A DNA stretch of 56,498 bases, filler included, from Stramenopiles sp. TOSAG23-3 (GCA_900128585.1; 6 parts of 6 records of this genome joined end to end with filler, not necessarily neighbours in it); one strand, 5' to 3'; counted from the whole stretch's first letter, positions 10,193-21,954 are shown. Numbers and translations: made by a program. The notes: generated by a model from the letters alone, not told the origin.

Positions 10193-13100
10193 TCATTGCA
10201 CCAAACAGGATGCGCTTTTCTTCGCATCCTGTAGCTGTTTCTTTAACTCTTCGATTTCATTCACAAGGTCTTCTTTGTCCTTGGACGCCCCCTTACTCTC
10301 CAACTCAGCAAGGCGCGTTTCAGCTTCTTTTCTGACATTTTTCTCTTTTTCTAGCTCTTGGACCAGCTCCTGGGTGGTCATGTTTGAGTATGACTTTTCG
10401 CCGTCTGCAGTGGCACCAACACTGTACATGATTTCATCGGGAGATCCCCACACCTCTATCTCAAACGGTTCGTCCTTGACGTAGCCTATAAATTCCTCGG
10501 TGATTTCCACCTGGACGGTCTCTGTGAAGTTAAAATGCGGCGCCATTGATTTTCCGCTCGATGGGGGTATTTCGATGAGCTTGTTCTCAAAAAAGGAATA
10601 CCGCAGGAAGACACTGTTGCTCAGCTGGTGGGGAATCCCTTTGGCCCCAACCATCCGAATCTCTAATTCAAGCAGCTCACCACCGTACTGCTCTAATTCA
10701 TGTTCTTCGTAATCGTCGACCAATGACTTGTTTCCCACTTTCAATGGGATCATCTCACAGAGCAGCTCGCCTTGCTGCTTTCCTTTGAAGTCAATGACTG
10801 GGGTCCCCTCTTCGATCTCTAACAAGAAGCTGAGGGAATCCATGTAAATCAAGGCCTTCCCGATCAGTTGGGGCTCGGGGGGGTCCCAGAATGGGTCGTT
10901 CTCTGGACTGTAAGCTTCGGCCAAAAGGCTTAATTCGCGACTGTAGACGTCTGCAAACGCGTTGTACATGTCTCGCATAATGTACAAGCGATTGTCGAAT
11001 TTGGCCATTTCCCACACCACGGCCGGCTGCCGATGGTCCGTAAACTCGACGTTGATGCCTATGTTCGAATCGAGTATGCTTACGGAAGATTTCGTTTTGG
11101 ACACGGCGCGGGACTTGTTCGGCGACCCGGTCATGTCGGATGCCAGCAGTTTGATGGAGAACGCAATCGGTTTAGAGAGCTCCTCCGCGATTGCGTTTGC
11201 CTCGTTGATTTTGGGGATCGCCGCAATGAGCTGTTCGTCCAGCTTCTGCCGGTCTCGCCGTTCCTTTTCCTTCGCCCTTTTCTCTTCACCGGTAATTTCA
11301 ATTTGCTTCCTGAGCTTTTCTTCCATCTGCTTTTGCCGTTCTTCGATCTGTCGCTTTTGGCGCTCGTACTCTAGCTTGCTCGCTTTGATTTTATTCCGAA
11401 GCTTTGTATCCTCCTCTTGCAGCTTTTGGCGCTCCTCTTCCGATTTGGACGCTTGGAGAAGCGCCTCTTCGCGCATTGCTAAATCTTCTTCCATTTGCTT
11501 TTGCTGCATTTCGAACAGTTTTCTTTGTTCCTGTTTTTCGCCCGCCATCTTTTCTTTCTCAATCTCCATGCTTCGCTCCAAGCTGGCCATCTTTGCTTCC
11601 ATAGCCTTTGCCTCCCTTTCGGCAGTCTCACGAGCGGCTCGTTCTCCCGCCGTCAAGGTCTCCATTAGCTTTTCGTTCATTTCGCGCATCGCAAACGCGT
11701 AGTCGTACATGGCCGTTTCTTCGTCCACTTTTGATTTTTCCGCCTTGTCGGGGTCTACGAAACGAAAGATGTGGTTGTTTCCTATTACCAACCGGTCGTT
11801 GTGGTTCAGTTCCGAGCTTCCGCTAATGCGATGCCCGTTCACAATGACTTTGGCAGTATCCGTCATCGTCATGATTATGACTTTCCCATCCGTGTTCATC
11901 ACCTTGGCGTGCTCCTTTTCGATCGACAGCCCCGTCAGTACGACGTCCTGTTTTGCCGCGGCGTCCTTTCGGCCGATCAAGGATTGTCCCTGCCTTAGAA
12001 GGTACAGGACTACCCCGCTCATCAGCGGGTCTTCGTTTAAATTTAAAATGTGGGGGCATTTTTCGGCCTCCTTCTTCAGCCGTTCTTTCTCTTGCCCTTG
12101 CACGACCCCGGCCTTTTGCAACTGCTCGATCTGGGCCTGCGCCATTACCTGCGCCTCCTTCAAGCGATCCTCCCAGCTCTGCTCTTGCTCGTTCAAGGCC
12201 TTCATCTTCTCTTGCATTTCCTGACGCAGCTCCTCCATTTCCGCTTTGTGCTTCGTGTCGTATTCCCCCTTGAGTTTTTGTTCTTCCTCTTTCGACATGC
12301 CTTTGGTGATGACGGGGGCCTGGGCTGGTTGCATGGAGCCCCGTCGGTCTCCCCCCTGCTCGGCAAGCATTTTTCGGAGCGCTTCAATCTCTTCCTTCAT
12401 TCCGCGCACAAGCTTCTCCGTCGGGTCTTCGTTCACGATTGCCTTGTTCTTGATCTGCTTCGCACGGTCGGCGTACATCAGCGTGCCCACGGTCTCCTTG
12501 TAGTTCACGTCGGCCGGGCTGATGGCCGCTATCATGATCGTCTTTGAGTTTCCGCCGAGGGAATTCTTCAGCAGCATCGTCAGCGTGGAGTCGCGGTAGG
12601 GCACCTTCACCTTGGACTTTTTCCCGCCCTTTGCCTGCTTGGCCAAGGCGTTGATCACGTTCCCCAGCGCGGACAGGGACTTGTTGATGTTCGCCCCCTC
12701 CTTCAGGCGGTCCCCGGTCGCCCCCGTCGCGCTTGCACGCTCGCTTCCAGCCAGGTCGATGAGATTTATGTTGGCCACCTTTGCGGTTTTTTTCTTCGTG
12801 TCCGGGTTCACTTTGATCTGGCTGAACGTGACGCAGAAGACGGTGTGGGCGCGGGAGCTGGTGGCATTCATGTTCGTCGAGGCGACCGTGCGCGCGGCAC
12901 TCCCCCGCTCCATCCACGCCTCCACTTGCTGGTACGTGCTGACTGCGTTCTCAGACAGGTTCCCAACGTACGTCCCTTTCTTCGGGTGCGTTCGAACCTT
13001 TAGCCCCCCTTTCGGCGGGGGGGTGGAGCTGAACAGGTCTCGGATCTTCTCATTGTAAATCTCCATCATGGACACCTTCACGTGGAACTCGATCCCATCT

Positions 13101-13492
13101 GTGCTATTCCCTTCGATGCGCTGAAACATTTCCGTCATTGCCTTCGGGATGATTCCTTTGTCCTCCCCGTACCCCATCATACTGTAGGACTTCCCCGCCC
13201 CCGTTTGCCCGTACGCAAACAGGCAGCAATTGAACCCGTTCCAGGCGTTCTCCAAGACCCCGCGCCCAAGGTCGTTGTAAACGGTATCGTTGGACGCGTA
13301 GTTACCCGCGTCCTTGTCCACGAAGCTGTTGTAACTGTAATCGAATGTGTAAGGCTTCTTTTTCCCAGTCTCTGGGTCCCTAACAATCGTCTGAGCGCCG
13401 TTCATTTCTACGATGCACTTTGCCCCCCTGTCCTTTTCGTACCCGGCAAAGGGCCGAACCCTGACTGCTACCTTCACGCCCTCGTCTGCCAT
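10193..13492 (-). CDS. Kinesin-3 family motor (KIF28/KLP-6/KIF13-like): motor, FHA, coiled coils, C2-like domain, C-terminal CaaX
   Basis: VKVAVRVRPF, P-loop GQTGAGKS, NATSSRAH, LIDLAGSE, VPYRDS. FHA (LNEDP...IGR...HNDRLVIGNNH). Ends in SCLVQ. The first ATG (MADEG) is at 13492. Confidence 0.96.
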   Translation of the reverse strand: MADEGVKVAVRVRPFAGYEKDRGAKCIVEMNGAQTIVRDPETGKKKPYTFDYSYNSFVDKDAGNYASNDTVYNDLGRGVLENAWNGFNCCLFAYGQTGAGKSYSMMGYGEDKGIIPKAMTEMFQRIEGNSTDGIEFHVKVSMMEIYNEKIRDLFSSTPPPKGGLKVRTHPKKGTYVGNLSENAVSTYQQVEAWMERGSAARTVASTNMNATSSRAHTVFCVTFSQIKVNPDTKKKTAKVANINLIDLAGSERASATGATGDRLKEGANINKSLSALGNVINALAKQAKGGKKSKVKVPYRDSTLTMLLKNSLGGNSKTIMIAAISPADVNYKETVGTLMYADRAKQIKNKAIVNEDPTEKLVRGMKEEIEALRKMLAEQGGDRRGSMQPAQAPVITKGMSKEEEQKLKGEYDTKHKAEMEELRQEMQEKMKALNEQEQSWEDRLKEAQVMAQAQIEQLQKAGVVQGQEKERLKKEAEKCPHILNLNEDPLMSGVVLYLLRQGQSLIGRKDAAAKQDVVLTGLSIEKEHAKVMNTDGKVIIMTMTDTAKVIVNGHRISGSSELNHNDRLVIGNNHIFRFVDPDKAEKSKVDEETAMYDYAFAMREMNEKLMETLTAGERAARETAEREAKAMEAKMASLERSMEIEKEKMAGEKQEQRKLFEMQQKQMEEDLAMREEALLQASKSEEERQKLQEEDTKLRNKIKASKLEYERQKRQIEERQKQMEEKLRKQIEITGEEKRAKEKERRDRQKLDEQLIAAIPKINEANAIAEELSKPIAFSIKLLASDMTGSPNKSRAVSKTKSSVSILDSNIGINVEFTDHRQPAVVWEMAKFDNRLYIMRDMYNAFADVYSRELSLLAEAYSPENDPFWDPPEPQLIGKALIYMDSLSFLLEIEEGTPVIDFKGKQQGELLCEMIPLKVGNKSLVDDYEEHELEQYGGELLELEIRMVGAKGIPHQLSNSVFLRYSFFENKLIEIPPSSGKSMAPHFNFTETVQVEITEEFIGYVKDEPFEIEVWGSPDEIMYSVGATADGEKSYSNMTTQELVQELEKEKNVRKEAETRLAELESKGASKDKEDLVNEIEELKKQLQDAKKSASCLVQ

Positions 13493-13510
13493 CAAAGTCA
13501 ATCAGTGCAA

Positions 13511-13547
13511 ATGGATGGATGGATGGATGGATGGATGGGTGGATGGA
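13511..13547. repeat. (ATGG)n tetranucleotide microsatellite just upstream of the kinesin start
   Basis: ATGGATGGATGG... read directly. Confidence 0.9.
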
Positions 13548-14001
13548 ATACGATATAAACCCTAAATTGCACCGCACTTTAAATGGAGTGAGAATCAAGG
13601 AGAATAACAAAATCCCTGCCGTTGTCCTCTTCGCGTGTTTCTACCAGCCTATACCGGGAAACAAACTACCTCCAACGATATCATAAATTACAAGCACAAC
13701 TACTAGCAATAATCCCCAAATAGTAATTATTATAAAATAATAATATTATTATTTGTGTTGGGGGGAGAGGGGGGGGGATGGATGATGATGATGAAAGAAC
13801 ATAAAAATAACAGCGAAGAAAGAACGACAAAAGAAGTGGATGGGATATATATAGTCTGTATCGACTTACAGAGTCTGATGATATAGCATAGCAATAGAGA
13901 GGTAATATAATTTTTATTTAAAATATATGATACAAACGTTACACTTTTTCACTTCTCGAATTCACTCATCGAAATTAACCCTAATGTTAAATCTAATTAT
14001 T

Positions 14002-14162
14002 AGAAGAGGAAGGAAGAAAAGGAAGGAAGAACAGAAAGAACAGGAAGAAGAAAGAAAAGGAAAGAAGAAAAGGAAGAAAGAAGAAAAGGAAGAAAGAAGA
14101 AAAGGAAGGAAGAGAAGAATGAAGAGAAGAGAACGAAGAAGAAAGAGAAGGAATGAAGGAAT
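14002..14162. repeat. Polypurine GAA/GGAA low-complexity tract
   Basis: Almost entirely A/G over ~160 nt. Confidence 0.9.
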
Positions 14163-15104
14163 GGTATAACTGATACACAATAATTTATATATAGAAATAA
14201 CACAATTAGTAAATGTACATAAATTTATTTATATATTGAGATCCTATTGTAGCTATATCTATTAATACAAAATAAAAGTATAAATTGTATTTAAATTATA
14301 GGCATTTATGATCTATGTTTACTTATAATAATAGTCGTTCTCTCTTTCTATATTTTATTTACTTCTACAGCCAAGCCTTGCCTATTTAGTGTGCGTACAG
14401 TGTACATGGTATATAATTATTATTATGGAAGACTATGTAACGTTTGTTAAAATGTGCAGGAGTTGTAATTATTTATTATTTTAATTATACTTTTTTAAAT
14501 AGAGAAAGAGCTAGACCGACTGTAAAAAAGAAGAAAAAGAAGAAAGAGGATGATTCCATTCTATTCAATGGTTTAATATAAATTACGAATAGAGTTCTTG
14601 GCCACACTTCCTAGTCTCCATACTGTACATAGAGAATGTACAGGAATTAGTACATATATTCGTATACAATAAACTACAATAAACAATATATTCATAGTCA
14701 AAAGGAATCCGTTGCTTATAAAATATTTACAATATAAGAATAATAATATAACATGTATACAGTATGAAGAGATTTCGAGATAATAATAATAATAAATATC
14801 GATGATCTTCCTTTTCTTCTTTCGTTCTTCTTCCTAAAAAATTAATAAAATTACGTATGTGTAATTTAGATGGCACTTGCATTTTGTATATGTCATGATG
14901 AAAAGGAAGATGTATATATCTTTCAACGATTTCCTTGTTGTTCTTCCGTGCATTATCATTGCCGCTTGTGTGCTTGCTATTTTGTGCAACTGGTTCTTTT
15001 GAAGGACTGACGGACGGGGCACAGACTCATTGGGATATATTACGACGCGCGGACGATTGGCTGTATACAGGCAGGTATATACGTACACATATATATATAA
15101 ATAA

Positions 15105-16169
15105 ATGGGTGGGGCGTGCGCTTCGACGTTTGCGCCCAAGGCTGCGAAGGAGGCGACGGCGCAGCAGATTTTAGGGCTCTTTCCAGAAGACAAGCCCGGG
15201 CAGGACAAGGAGGCGGCGGACAAGATTGCGAGGTTGCACCTATCGCTTCGAGATGTGGAGAATCTATTTCAGGTATACAATGTCATAGACGTGGACAGGA
15301 ATTACTTGGTAGACATTGAGGAATTCATCAAATACTTTCATCTAGAAAAATCCAACTTTGTGATCCGGGTGTTCTCCCTCATGGACGAGGACAGCTCCGG
15401 GGAAATCGACTTTGCAGAATTTGCGCTCTGCATATGGAACTACTGCAGCTTTGACATGTCCTCGCTCGCGAGGTTCGCGTTCGACCTCTTCGACGCCGAC
15501 AGCGATGGGGAGCTCAACAACACTGAAATCACGGCAATGATCAAGGAAGTGTACGGGGACGCATACGAGGGGAACCAACAACTGAACAGACTCCTTGAGT
15601 CCTACGTAGGCAACCGGGACGATCGGGATGTCATAGGTTGGCAGACCTTTCTAGGGTGGGCCAGAAAGACCCCGGTAATCCTCTTCCCCGCGTTCAAGAT
15701 GCAACAAATGCTGCGCAAGGGTGTGCTTGGGGAGAAGTTTTGGAAAAAGGAGAACGAGAAGCGCATGAAGTGGGGCATGAGAGTGGGGAAAAGCGTCTCC
15801 ATCTTCGATCTGCTCGATGACAACACCGACGTTGACGCCATGCTCAACGACCAGGACGCATTTGCGAAGCGAATGTCGACCTGGCAGCAAAACATGAACC
15901 CGGACGGGTCCGTTGGGCACACGAAAAAAGACAGGAAGAAGAAACGGGCGACCGTTGCCCTTGTCCCGAAAACGGGGAACTATGCGAACCGATCCCCGAA
16001 CAGTGCCGTTGTCATCAGCGAGAAGAATGCAAAAAAGGAGGAACTTCCTGCCGTGGTAGAAGAGGCCGCACCAATAGCAGAGGACACCAAGCCAGAAGCA
16101 GACCCGGCAAAACCAGAAGAAACTGAAACAGCGGAGAAGGCGGCAGAGGAACCGAAGGAAGAAGAATAA
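15105..16169 (+). CDS. EF-hand Ca2+-binding protein (calcineurin-B/NCS-like) with N-terminal acylation motif
   Basis: Starts MGGACAS. EF loops DVDRNYLVDIEE, DEDSSGEIDFAE, DADSDGELNNTE. Acidic tail. Confidence 0.9.
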   Translation: MGGACASTFAPKAAKEATAQQILGLFPEDKPGQDKEAADKIARLHLSLRDVENLFQVYNVIDVDRNYLVDIEEFIKYFHLEKSNFVIRVFSLMDEDSSGEIDFAEFALCIWNYCSFDMSSLARFAFDLFDADSDGELNNTEITAMIKEVYGDAYEGNQQLNRLLESYVGNRDDRDVIGWQTFLGWARKTPVILFPAFKMQQMLRKGVLGEKFWKKENEKRMKWGMRVGKSVSIFDLLDDNTDVDAMLNDQDAFAKRMSTWQQNMNPDGSVGHTKKDRKKKRATVALVPKTGNYANRSPNSAVVISEKNAKKEELPAVVEEAAPIAEDTKPEADPAKPEETETAEKAAEEPKEEE

Positions 16170-16823
16170 AATATTATTTTTTAATAAAAAATAGAAGATT
16201 TTTCCATCATCATATATCATTCATATAGCTTATTGTATTTATTAATAAATATATATAATTAAAAACATCTCCTTTATATTTAGTATAATAATGTCATTAT
16301 GTAATATTAATAATACAGGCCAATATTATAGTCATCTCTATTTTACATTTAAAATACTGTGTGGTCTGTGGTGGTGCCGCCATGCAATAAAATTCTTGCT
16401 CCTTTTAGGAGGTTAGGAGGGGGAGGGGAGGGGAGGGGCTCTCCTCCCAGCAGATAAAGAAGAAGAAAGAAGAAGAAAGAAGAAAAAAGAAGAAGAAAAT
16501 AATTATAATCTTTAAAACCAGCATAGCATATTATATATAAGTAATTACTGAGAGAGTAAAATTTCCTTGTTATACTCGTAATTTAGAGGTTTATTGATTC
16601 ATTTTTTTTTGCATCTCTTCTTCTTTTTTTCTTCTTCTCGTCTTCTTCTTCTTCTTCTTCTTCTTCTTCTTCTCTTTTCTTCTGGCCAGATTAGGCTTCC
16701 CATAGTTGCCGATATCCTCTTCTTTCTTCCTCTTCTCTCTTCTTTCTTCCTCTTCTTTTTTTTTCATCTCTCTTCTTCTCTTTTTTCTTCTTCTATCTTC
16801 TTCTTCTTATTTATTATTTTTTT

Positions 16824-16923
16824 NNNNNNNNNNNNNNNNNNNNNNNNNNNNNNNNNNNNNNNNNNNNTTAATTAATTAANNNNNNNNNNNNNNNNNNNNN
16901 NNNNNNNNNNNNNNNNNNNNNNN
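16824..16923. other. Artificial assembly gap linker
   Basis: 44 N + TTAATTAATTAA (stops in all six frames) + 44 N, identical at five sites. Confidence 0.98.
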
Positions 16924-17023
16924 GGATGAAAGAAAGAGTGTAAATCTCAAACAAATCAAACAGAGAGATGATGACCAACAACAACAAAAAAAGAACAACA
17001 ACAACAACAACAACGACGAAGAG

Positions 17024-17282
17024 AAAGATAGAAGAAGAAGCAAAATTGATGAAGGAAGAAAGAAGAAAAGAAGAAGAAGAACGAAAACAAAATTGATGAA
17101 GAAAAAAGAAGAAAAGAAGAAAAGAAGAAAAAAAGAAAGAAAAGAAGAAAAGAAGAAAAGAAGAAAAGAAGAAAGAAAGAAAAAAAGAAAAGAAGAAAAG
17201 AAGAAAAGAAGAAAGAAAGAAGAAAGAAAGAAAGAAAAAAAGAAAGAAAAAAAGAAAAGAAGAAAAGAAGAAAAGAAGAAAA

Positions 17283-17323
<41 letters not shown>

Positions 17324-17346
17324 AGAAAGAAGAAGAAGAGGAGAAG
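17024..17346. repeat. Polypurine GAAA/GAA low-complexity tract
   Basis: About 320 nt of GAAA/GAAGAAAA repeats. Confidence 0.95.
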
Positions 17347-17965
17347 TTCTTCCTTCTTCTTCTTCCATCTTCCATCTCATTTCATTTCTCATCCAAATCA
17401 AAAAAAATAATCGAAAAAGGAAGACGAAATAATTATTAAAATCTAAAATGTGATGTGCGTAAATCTAAAATCCCTATTCCTATATAAATAATCCAACAAT
17501 AATATAAATTCAGTGCTAATTCTAATTCTAGATTCTTCGATACACTTCGGAAGAACTCCAACCATATCACATGATTATTATATGAACTAAAAAAACAAGA
17601 TTTTTAAAAATATAGAAGAGTCTTTCTTTCATTCATTCATTGATTCTTCTTCTTTTCCTTTGCTATTGTGCTGTTGTGTTCTTGCCTTGAAGAAGAAAAA
17701 AAGAAGGAAGAAGTAATATATAAGTGTAATCTCCTCCTCCTCCTCTTTCTTCTCTTTTTTTAATAAACAAAAAACAAGCGAATTACGTTTATACATGTAT
17801 ATAATTATACTTTTTCTTTTCCCTTTCTTTCGTTTGCTTCTATGTTTCTTTTTAACACCTGTCTATCACTCTTGCTCTTTTTGTCATTTTTTCTCATCAG
17901 CACTGTGCTGTATTGTTAGGGAAACGGTATAGATTCGATTCCAGATACGAAATACAATATATAAA

Positions 17966-19684
17966 ATGGAAGGTTACGCGAGCCGGTTGTTGAACGGGTT
18001 CGATACTCCGTCTCCAAGTGATAGTGGGGGGGAGGAAGAAGAGTATGATATGGATTCGTTGGCGTCGGGGTCCAGTTTTAGTTCGGGGGACGAGGATAAC
18101 GACGCTAGATTAGGCATACGGTCGAACCCAAGCGACGACGAAGAGGGAGAAGAGAGCATGCCCCACCCGGCGTGGACGGAAGACGGCCAATACGAGGGCG
18201 ACGGCTCGCTTGGGGAGGAGAATACCCCCCTGCCGCCTGGTACCTGCTGCCTCTTCTCCGAATCGATCGAGAACTTTCGGTTCATTTGCACGTTTGGTGG
18301 GCTCAGCGTGCTGATGTTGCTCGTGTCCGCGTTTGCGTTTTTGTTGGTTTCGAAGGAGGAGGAGAGCATAGACATTTCTTACTTTTACGTGTGGCTCCCC
18401 CTGTTGATCTTTGCCTCGATTGTTTGCTGCGGGGCGACCTGCCTTGCCTGCTGTTTGCTTGGGGATTTGGAGGACGAGGACGAGCAGGAGGCCACGCGCC
18501 GGCGCGACAAGGCCAGCGGTGTGTGCGTCGGGATATTTTGTATTGTTGTCCCCTTGTTCATCACCATCCAGTTCGGCATGTCCTTCACCGTTGCGTACCA
18601 AACCCCCGTGCTGCTGTTCATCCCGCAAATCATGTTCCCGGGCCTCGTCTTCCTAGGCGTCACCCTGGTGATGTGTTTCAGTGATTTGGACGGCTTGGAC
18701 CGTTTGATCACCATTGTGCTCTGGCTCTTTACAACTGCTTGGATCTTGACTCTCATGTTCATCCCCTTGAAAATAATGCACGCGTTGCCCTGGAGCTGGT
18801 GGAAAGCGGTGGCCCCGTCATACTTGTTGGACGCGTTCATCTTTCTCGCAACCGTCAGTGGTATGAAAAAGGCGCAGCGGGACGGGAGAGGGCGTCGCTG
18901 TGCCAGCTTTTTGTCCTTGTTCTTGTTTTGGTCGGCCCTGTTTGCTACTAAAATCATCGGCATCACCACGGTGGCCCCGTTGTGGCTGATATACGCGCCC
19001 GTCTCCCTCATCGGCCCCTTCTGCGCAGTGCTTGTCCCGATGTTGTGCCTTGTCCAGCTGTGCTCCAGGCGACGGTTTTACAAGCGATTGAAGACGGAGG
19101 AAAGAAACCGCAGTGCGTGGGAAGAGAGCAAATTGGTCCTCGACCGCGCCGTGCGTAGTATGAAGTTCGACAGCGACGATGACGAGTTTCCTGACGGCGG
19201 TGGCGATACGTACTACGAAAGCCTCGAGGATGGTCGCCAGAACGTAGAAAATGGCAATGCAAAGAGGACGGCAGTGAAGCCGAACAGCTCGGCTTACCTC
19301 GACGCCGGCGGGGAGGGCAGCATGCAACGCCCCCTGCTTCTTCCGGCAGGTACCCCGAAGGTGAAAGTGGTGGACCCCCATGAGGAGTACGATCATGGAA
19401 AGTTGCGGTTTGAAAGCGCGTCGTCGAAAGAAGATTTGGTCAGTGCGATCGTAGACTTGAGGGTTCTGGTTCAGCAGCATGCGAAGACCTTGCGAACGAA
19501 GCGTTACAAACAAGAATTAATATTTGCTGGACAATTGAAAAAGAAAACCTCCCAATCCTGGGACAATTCGGTTGCCAACCAGTTTGGAAAGCTCATCAAT
19601 AGTTTCAGCAAGGTTCATTCTGAGATGGACCATTTGAAGTATTTGGGGAAAGACGCTTGGAGTGCGATGAAAGATTTAGTGTGA
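17966..19684 (+). CDS. Multi-pass membrane protein, TMEM185/TMEM60-like
   Basis: 572-aa ORF with an acidic N-terminus and ~8 hydrophobic helices. Repeated aromatic-x-x-V/I-x-x-P motifs (YFYVWLPL, WSWWKAVAP, LWLIYAP). Confidence 0.65.
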   Translation: MEGYASRLLNGFDTPSPSDSGGEEEEYDMDSLASGSSFSSGDEDNDARLGIRSNPSDDEEGEESMPHPAWTEDGQYEGDGSLGEENTPLPPGTCCLFSESIENFRFICTFGGLSVLMLLVSAFAFLLVSKEEESIDISYFYVWLPLLIFASIVCCGATCLACCLLGDLEDEDEQEATRRRDKASGVCVGIFCIVVPLFITIQFGMSFTVAYQTPVLLFIPQIMFPGLVFLGVTLVMCFSDLDGLDRLITIVLWLFTTAWILTLMFIPLKIMHALPWSWWKAVAPSYLLDAFIFLATVSGMKKAQRDGRGRRCASFLSLFLFWSALFATKIIGITTVAPLWLIYAPVSLIGPFCAVLVPMLCLVQLCSRRRFYKRLKTEERNRSAWEESKLVLDRAVRSMKFDSDDDEFPDGGGDTYYESLEDGRQNVENGNAKRTAVKPNSSAYLDAGGEGSMQRPLLLPAGTPKVKVVDPHEEYDHGKLRFESASSKEDLVSAIVDLRVLVQQHAKTLRTKRYKQELIFAGQLKKKTSQSWDNSVANQFGKLINSFSKVHSEMDHLKYLGKDAWSAMKDLV

Positions 19685-19864
19685 ACGCGTGTATGGCAGG
19701 CGCTCCCTGTATAACCGCGTATGATTTTACGTTTGTGAAAAACGTTTTATTATTATTTGGTTTTAATTAATCTGCAGCGTCGTGGCGTCCTCTGGCCCTT
19801 TCCAATCCCCTCCCTCCATCTCTCTTGCGGAATTCCACCGCTTTAAACGTATCATAACTTAACG

Positions 19865-20983
19865 CTACCATCGGTGCCAGTTTGTGCCTTTCCGTTTTGC
19901 AAGTTGAAACGAGGTTTGTCGCCCGTACCCTGCTTCACTAAGACGCTCATGTTTGAGTTTCTTGTACTTTTCCACCCTCTCTCGAAGTTCCTTCTCCACG
20001 GGGCTTTCTCTTCCGTTTCTACGAGTCGATGCTTCGCGCATGCGGGAAGGCGACTTCCCCGCTGGCTTTATGCACCCGCTGTCGACAGTTTTCTTCATGG
20101 CCGACATGGGCAATGGAATCCTTGCTGCAAGGTCGGGACTAGACAGTTTCCGGGACTCCCTGCTCTCAACGCTGCGGGGCGACTGGCCGCTGTTCACGGA
20201 ACGAGGCTTTCGCTGAACCCCTCGCAGCTCATCCATAAGTTCCAGAAGCTGCTCTATCACCAAAGTTAGGTTCGTCATGATAATGGCCGCGAGCTCGTTG
20301 TCGGGCGACTGCTTCACGCTAGTCTTTAGATTATACGCTAACCCCACCAACCCGATCTCCCGGCGCACCAGCATGTCCACCAGCAACGAATAACTTTCCC
20401 TGACGCGCTTGTAGAACCTGTCGTCATTCGATCGCATCCGTTTGATCGATGTGACCAGGCCATCGTTCTCTACCAACGATTCAATCAGTATTCGCTGTTC
20501 TATTTTAAGCTCCCCCATGACGGCCTCCATGTTGTCGGCCCGCTCGGTTTCCTTCTCCCCAAACGCTTGGCTTTCTTTCAATTTTTGCTCCAGTTCCTTG
20601 ATTCTATTGTCTCTCCTTCGCACTTGAACTTCCAGGTTCGACACGACGTTTGCTAATTTCGGCCCCCTGCGCCTCTTTTCACTCGAGAGGCTGAATGCCT
20701 TGCTTCTTGGGGGCCTGTCCTTTTCAGGGGACACGGAGAAACCGCCTTGCCCAGAACCTCCAAGGTGGTAATAAGCAGTCTCGCTAGGGGCTTCTTGGCG
20801 TTCTCTTCTATGTCCTTTTTCCCTATCGACAACTTCGTTCCACGCAGCTGTGCGACCATTGTGCAAGGGCGTAGTCCTTAAATCTTTCGCGTTATTTACA
20901 AAGTGGTTCTTTCGCTCTGCGGCATTGCTCTGCGTCGGACGCATATACCTAGGCGTCCCGCCTCGGGACCAAGGTTTTTTCAT
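19865..20983 (-). CDS. Coiled-coil protein of unknown function
   Basis: 372-aa ATG ORF in GC-balanced DNA. Heptad-rich centre. N-terminal PRYMRPTQS resembles PxYMxPTxS motifs of microtubule-associated proteins. Confidence 0.75.
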   Translation of the reverse strand: MKKPWSRGGTPRYMRPTQSNAAERKNHFVNNAKDLRTTPLHNGRTAAWNEVVDREKGHRRERQEAPSETAYYHLGGSGQGGFSVSPEKDRPPRSKAFSLSSEKRRRGPKLANVVSNLEVQVRRRDNRIKELEQKLKESQAFGEKETERADNMEAVMGELKIEQRILIESLVENDGLVTSIKRMRSNDDRFYKRVRESYSLLVDMLVRREIGLVGLAYNLKTSVKQSPDNELAAIIMTNLTLVIEQLLELMDELRGVQRKPRSVNSGQSPRSVESRESRKLSSPDLAARIPLPMSAMKKTVDSGCIKPAGKSPSRMREASTRRNGRESPVEKELRERVEKYKKLKHERLSEAGYGRQTSFQLAKRKGTNWHRW

Positions 20984-21954
20984 TTCAGACTTGGAGGGGC
21001 GGGGGGAAGTTTAATAAACGACGGGGAGAGGATAGGAGGTTTCAAAAATCGAAATATATATTCCTAAACGACCGTTCAAATAATGATGCAACTCCAAGAA
21101 GATGAAATAAGAAATGCAGAGATGACCATATGGGAATCAAACACAAACAAACCATCACAATCATCAATAATACCGCCGCCGCCGCCCTCCTCCCCGCCCC
21201 CTTTATATATTATCTTCTTTCTTTTTTAAAGGAGTTTCTTTTCGATTATTATAAAAAAAAGTACAATATTGTTGTATCCTATTATTTTATATAATTAAAA
21301 GATTAAAAGTATACCAATTTGTACTCCTTCATCAATCACGCACACCCCAAGAAGAAGAAGAAGAGGAAGAAAGAAGAAAGAAAGAAGAAGAAGAAGAGAT
21401 CATTTTTTATTAATAATTCTTCTTCTTTTTTTTTTAAATAATTTTTTTTGTTATTTGTTTTTTTGTTGTTGTTGTTGTTGTAGGGAAGCCCATCATCTTC
21501 TTCTTCTCGGCTCAGGAGGAGCACAGTGAGGAGAAACAAATGAGATATTTTATTAAATATAATAATATTTTATTTTTTTTTATTATTATTATTTAATTTA
21601 AAAAATTAATATTAATATGTAAAAAGAAAAGAAAGAAGAAGTAGTAAACAAAAACCAACAATGTAAAAAGAATTAAGATTGAAAGAGAAAACGTTAATAT
21701 GAATTTGTGATATAAACTAACGATATATTGAATAAGTAATTTTATAAATAAAAAACGTTTATTGTTGAATAGTTCTTTTTGCTTACAGAGTTTACATCAA
21801 TTGGTGGTGTACAACAGGTAGACGTGGAACGCAGTGGGTCGGGTGCCGTACTTTTTGTCAACGGTGCACAGGTTGGTTATATTATATAACGGAAGGGTGG
21901 AGAGATAAATAATTTCTTTACACGAATCAACTGGATTGCAAACGGGTAAAAAAG

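Noticed and set aside
16868-16879. TTAATTAATTAA repeated five times between N runs
   Set aside because: The identical 44N-12-44N format with six-frame stops is an assembly linker, not biology.
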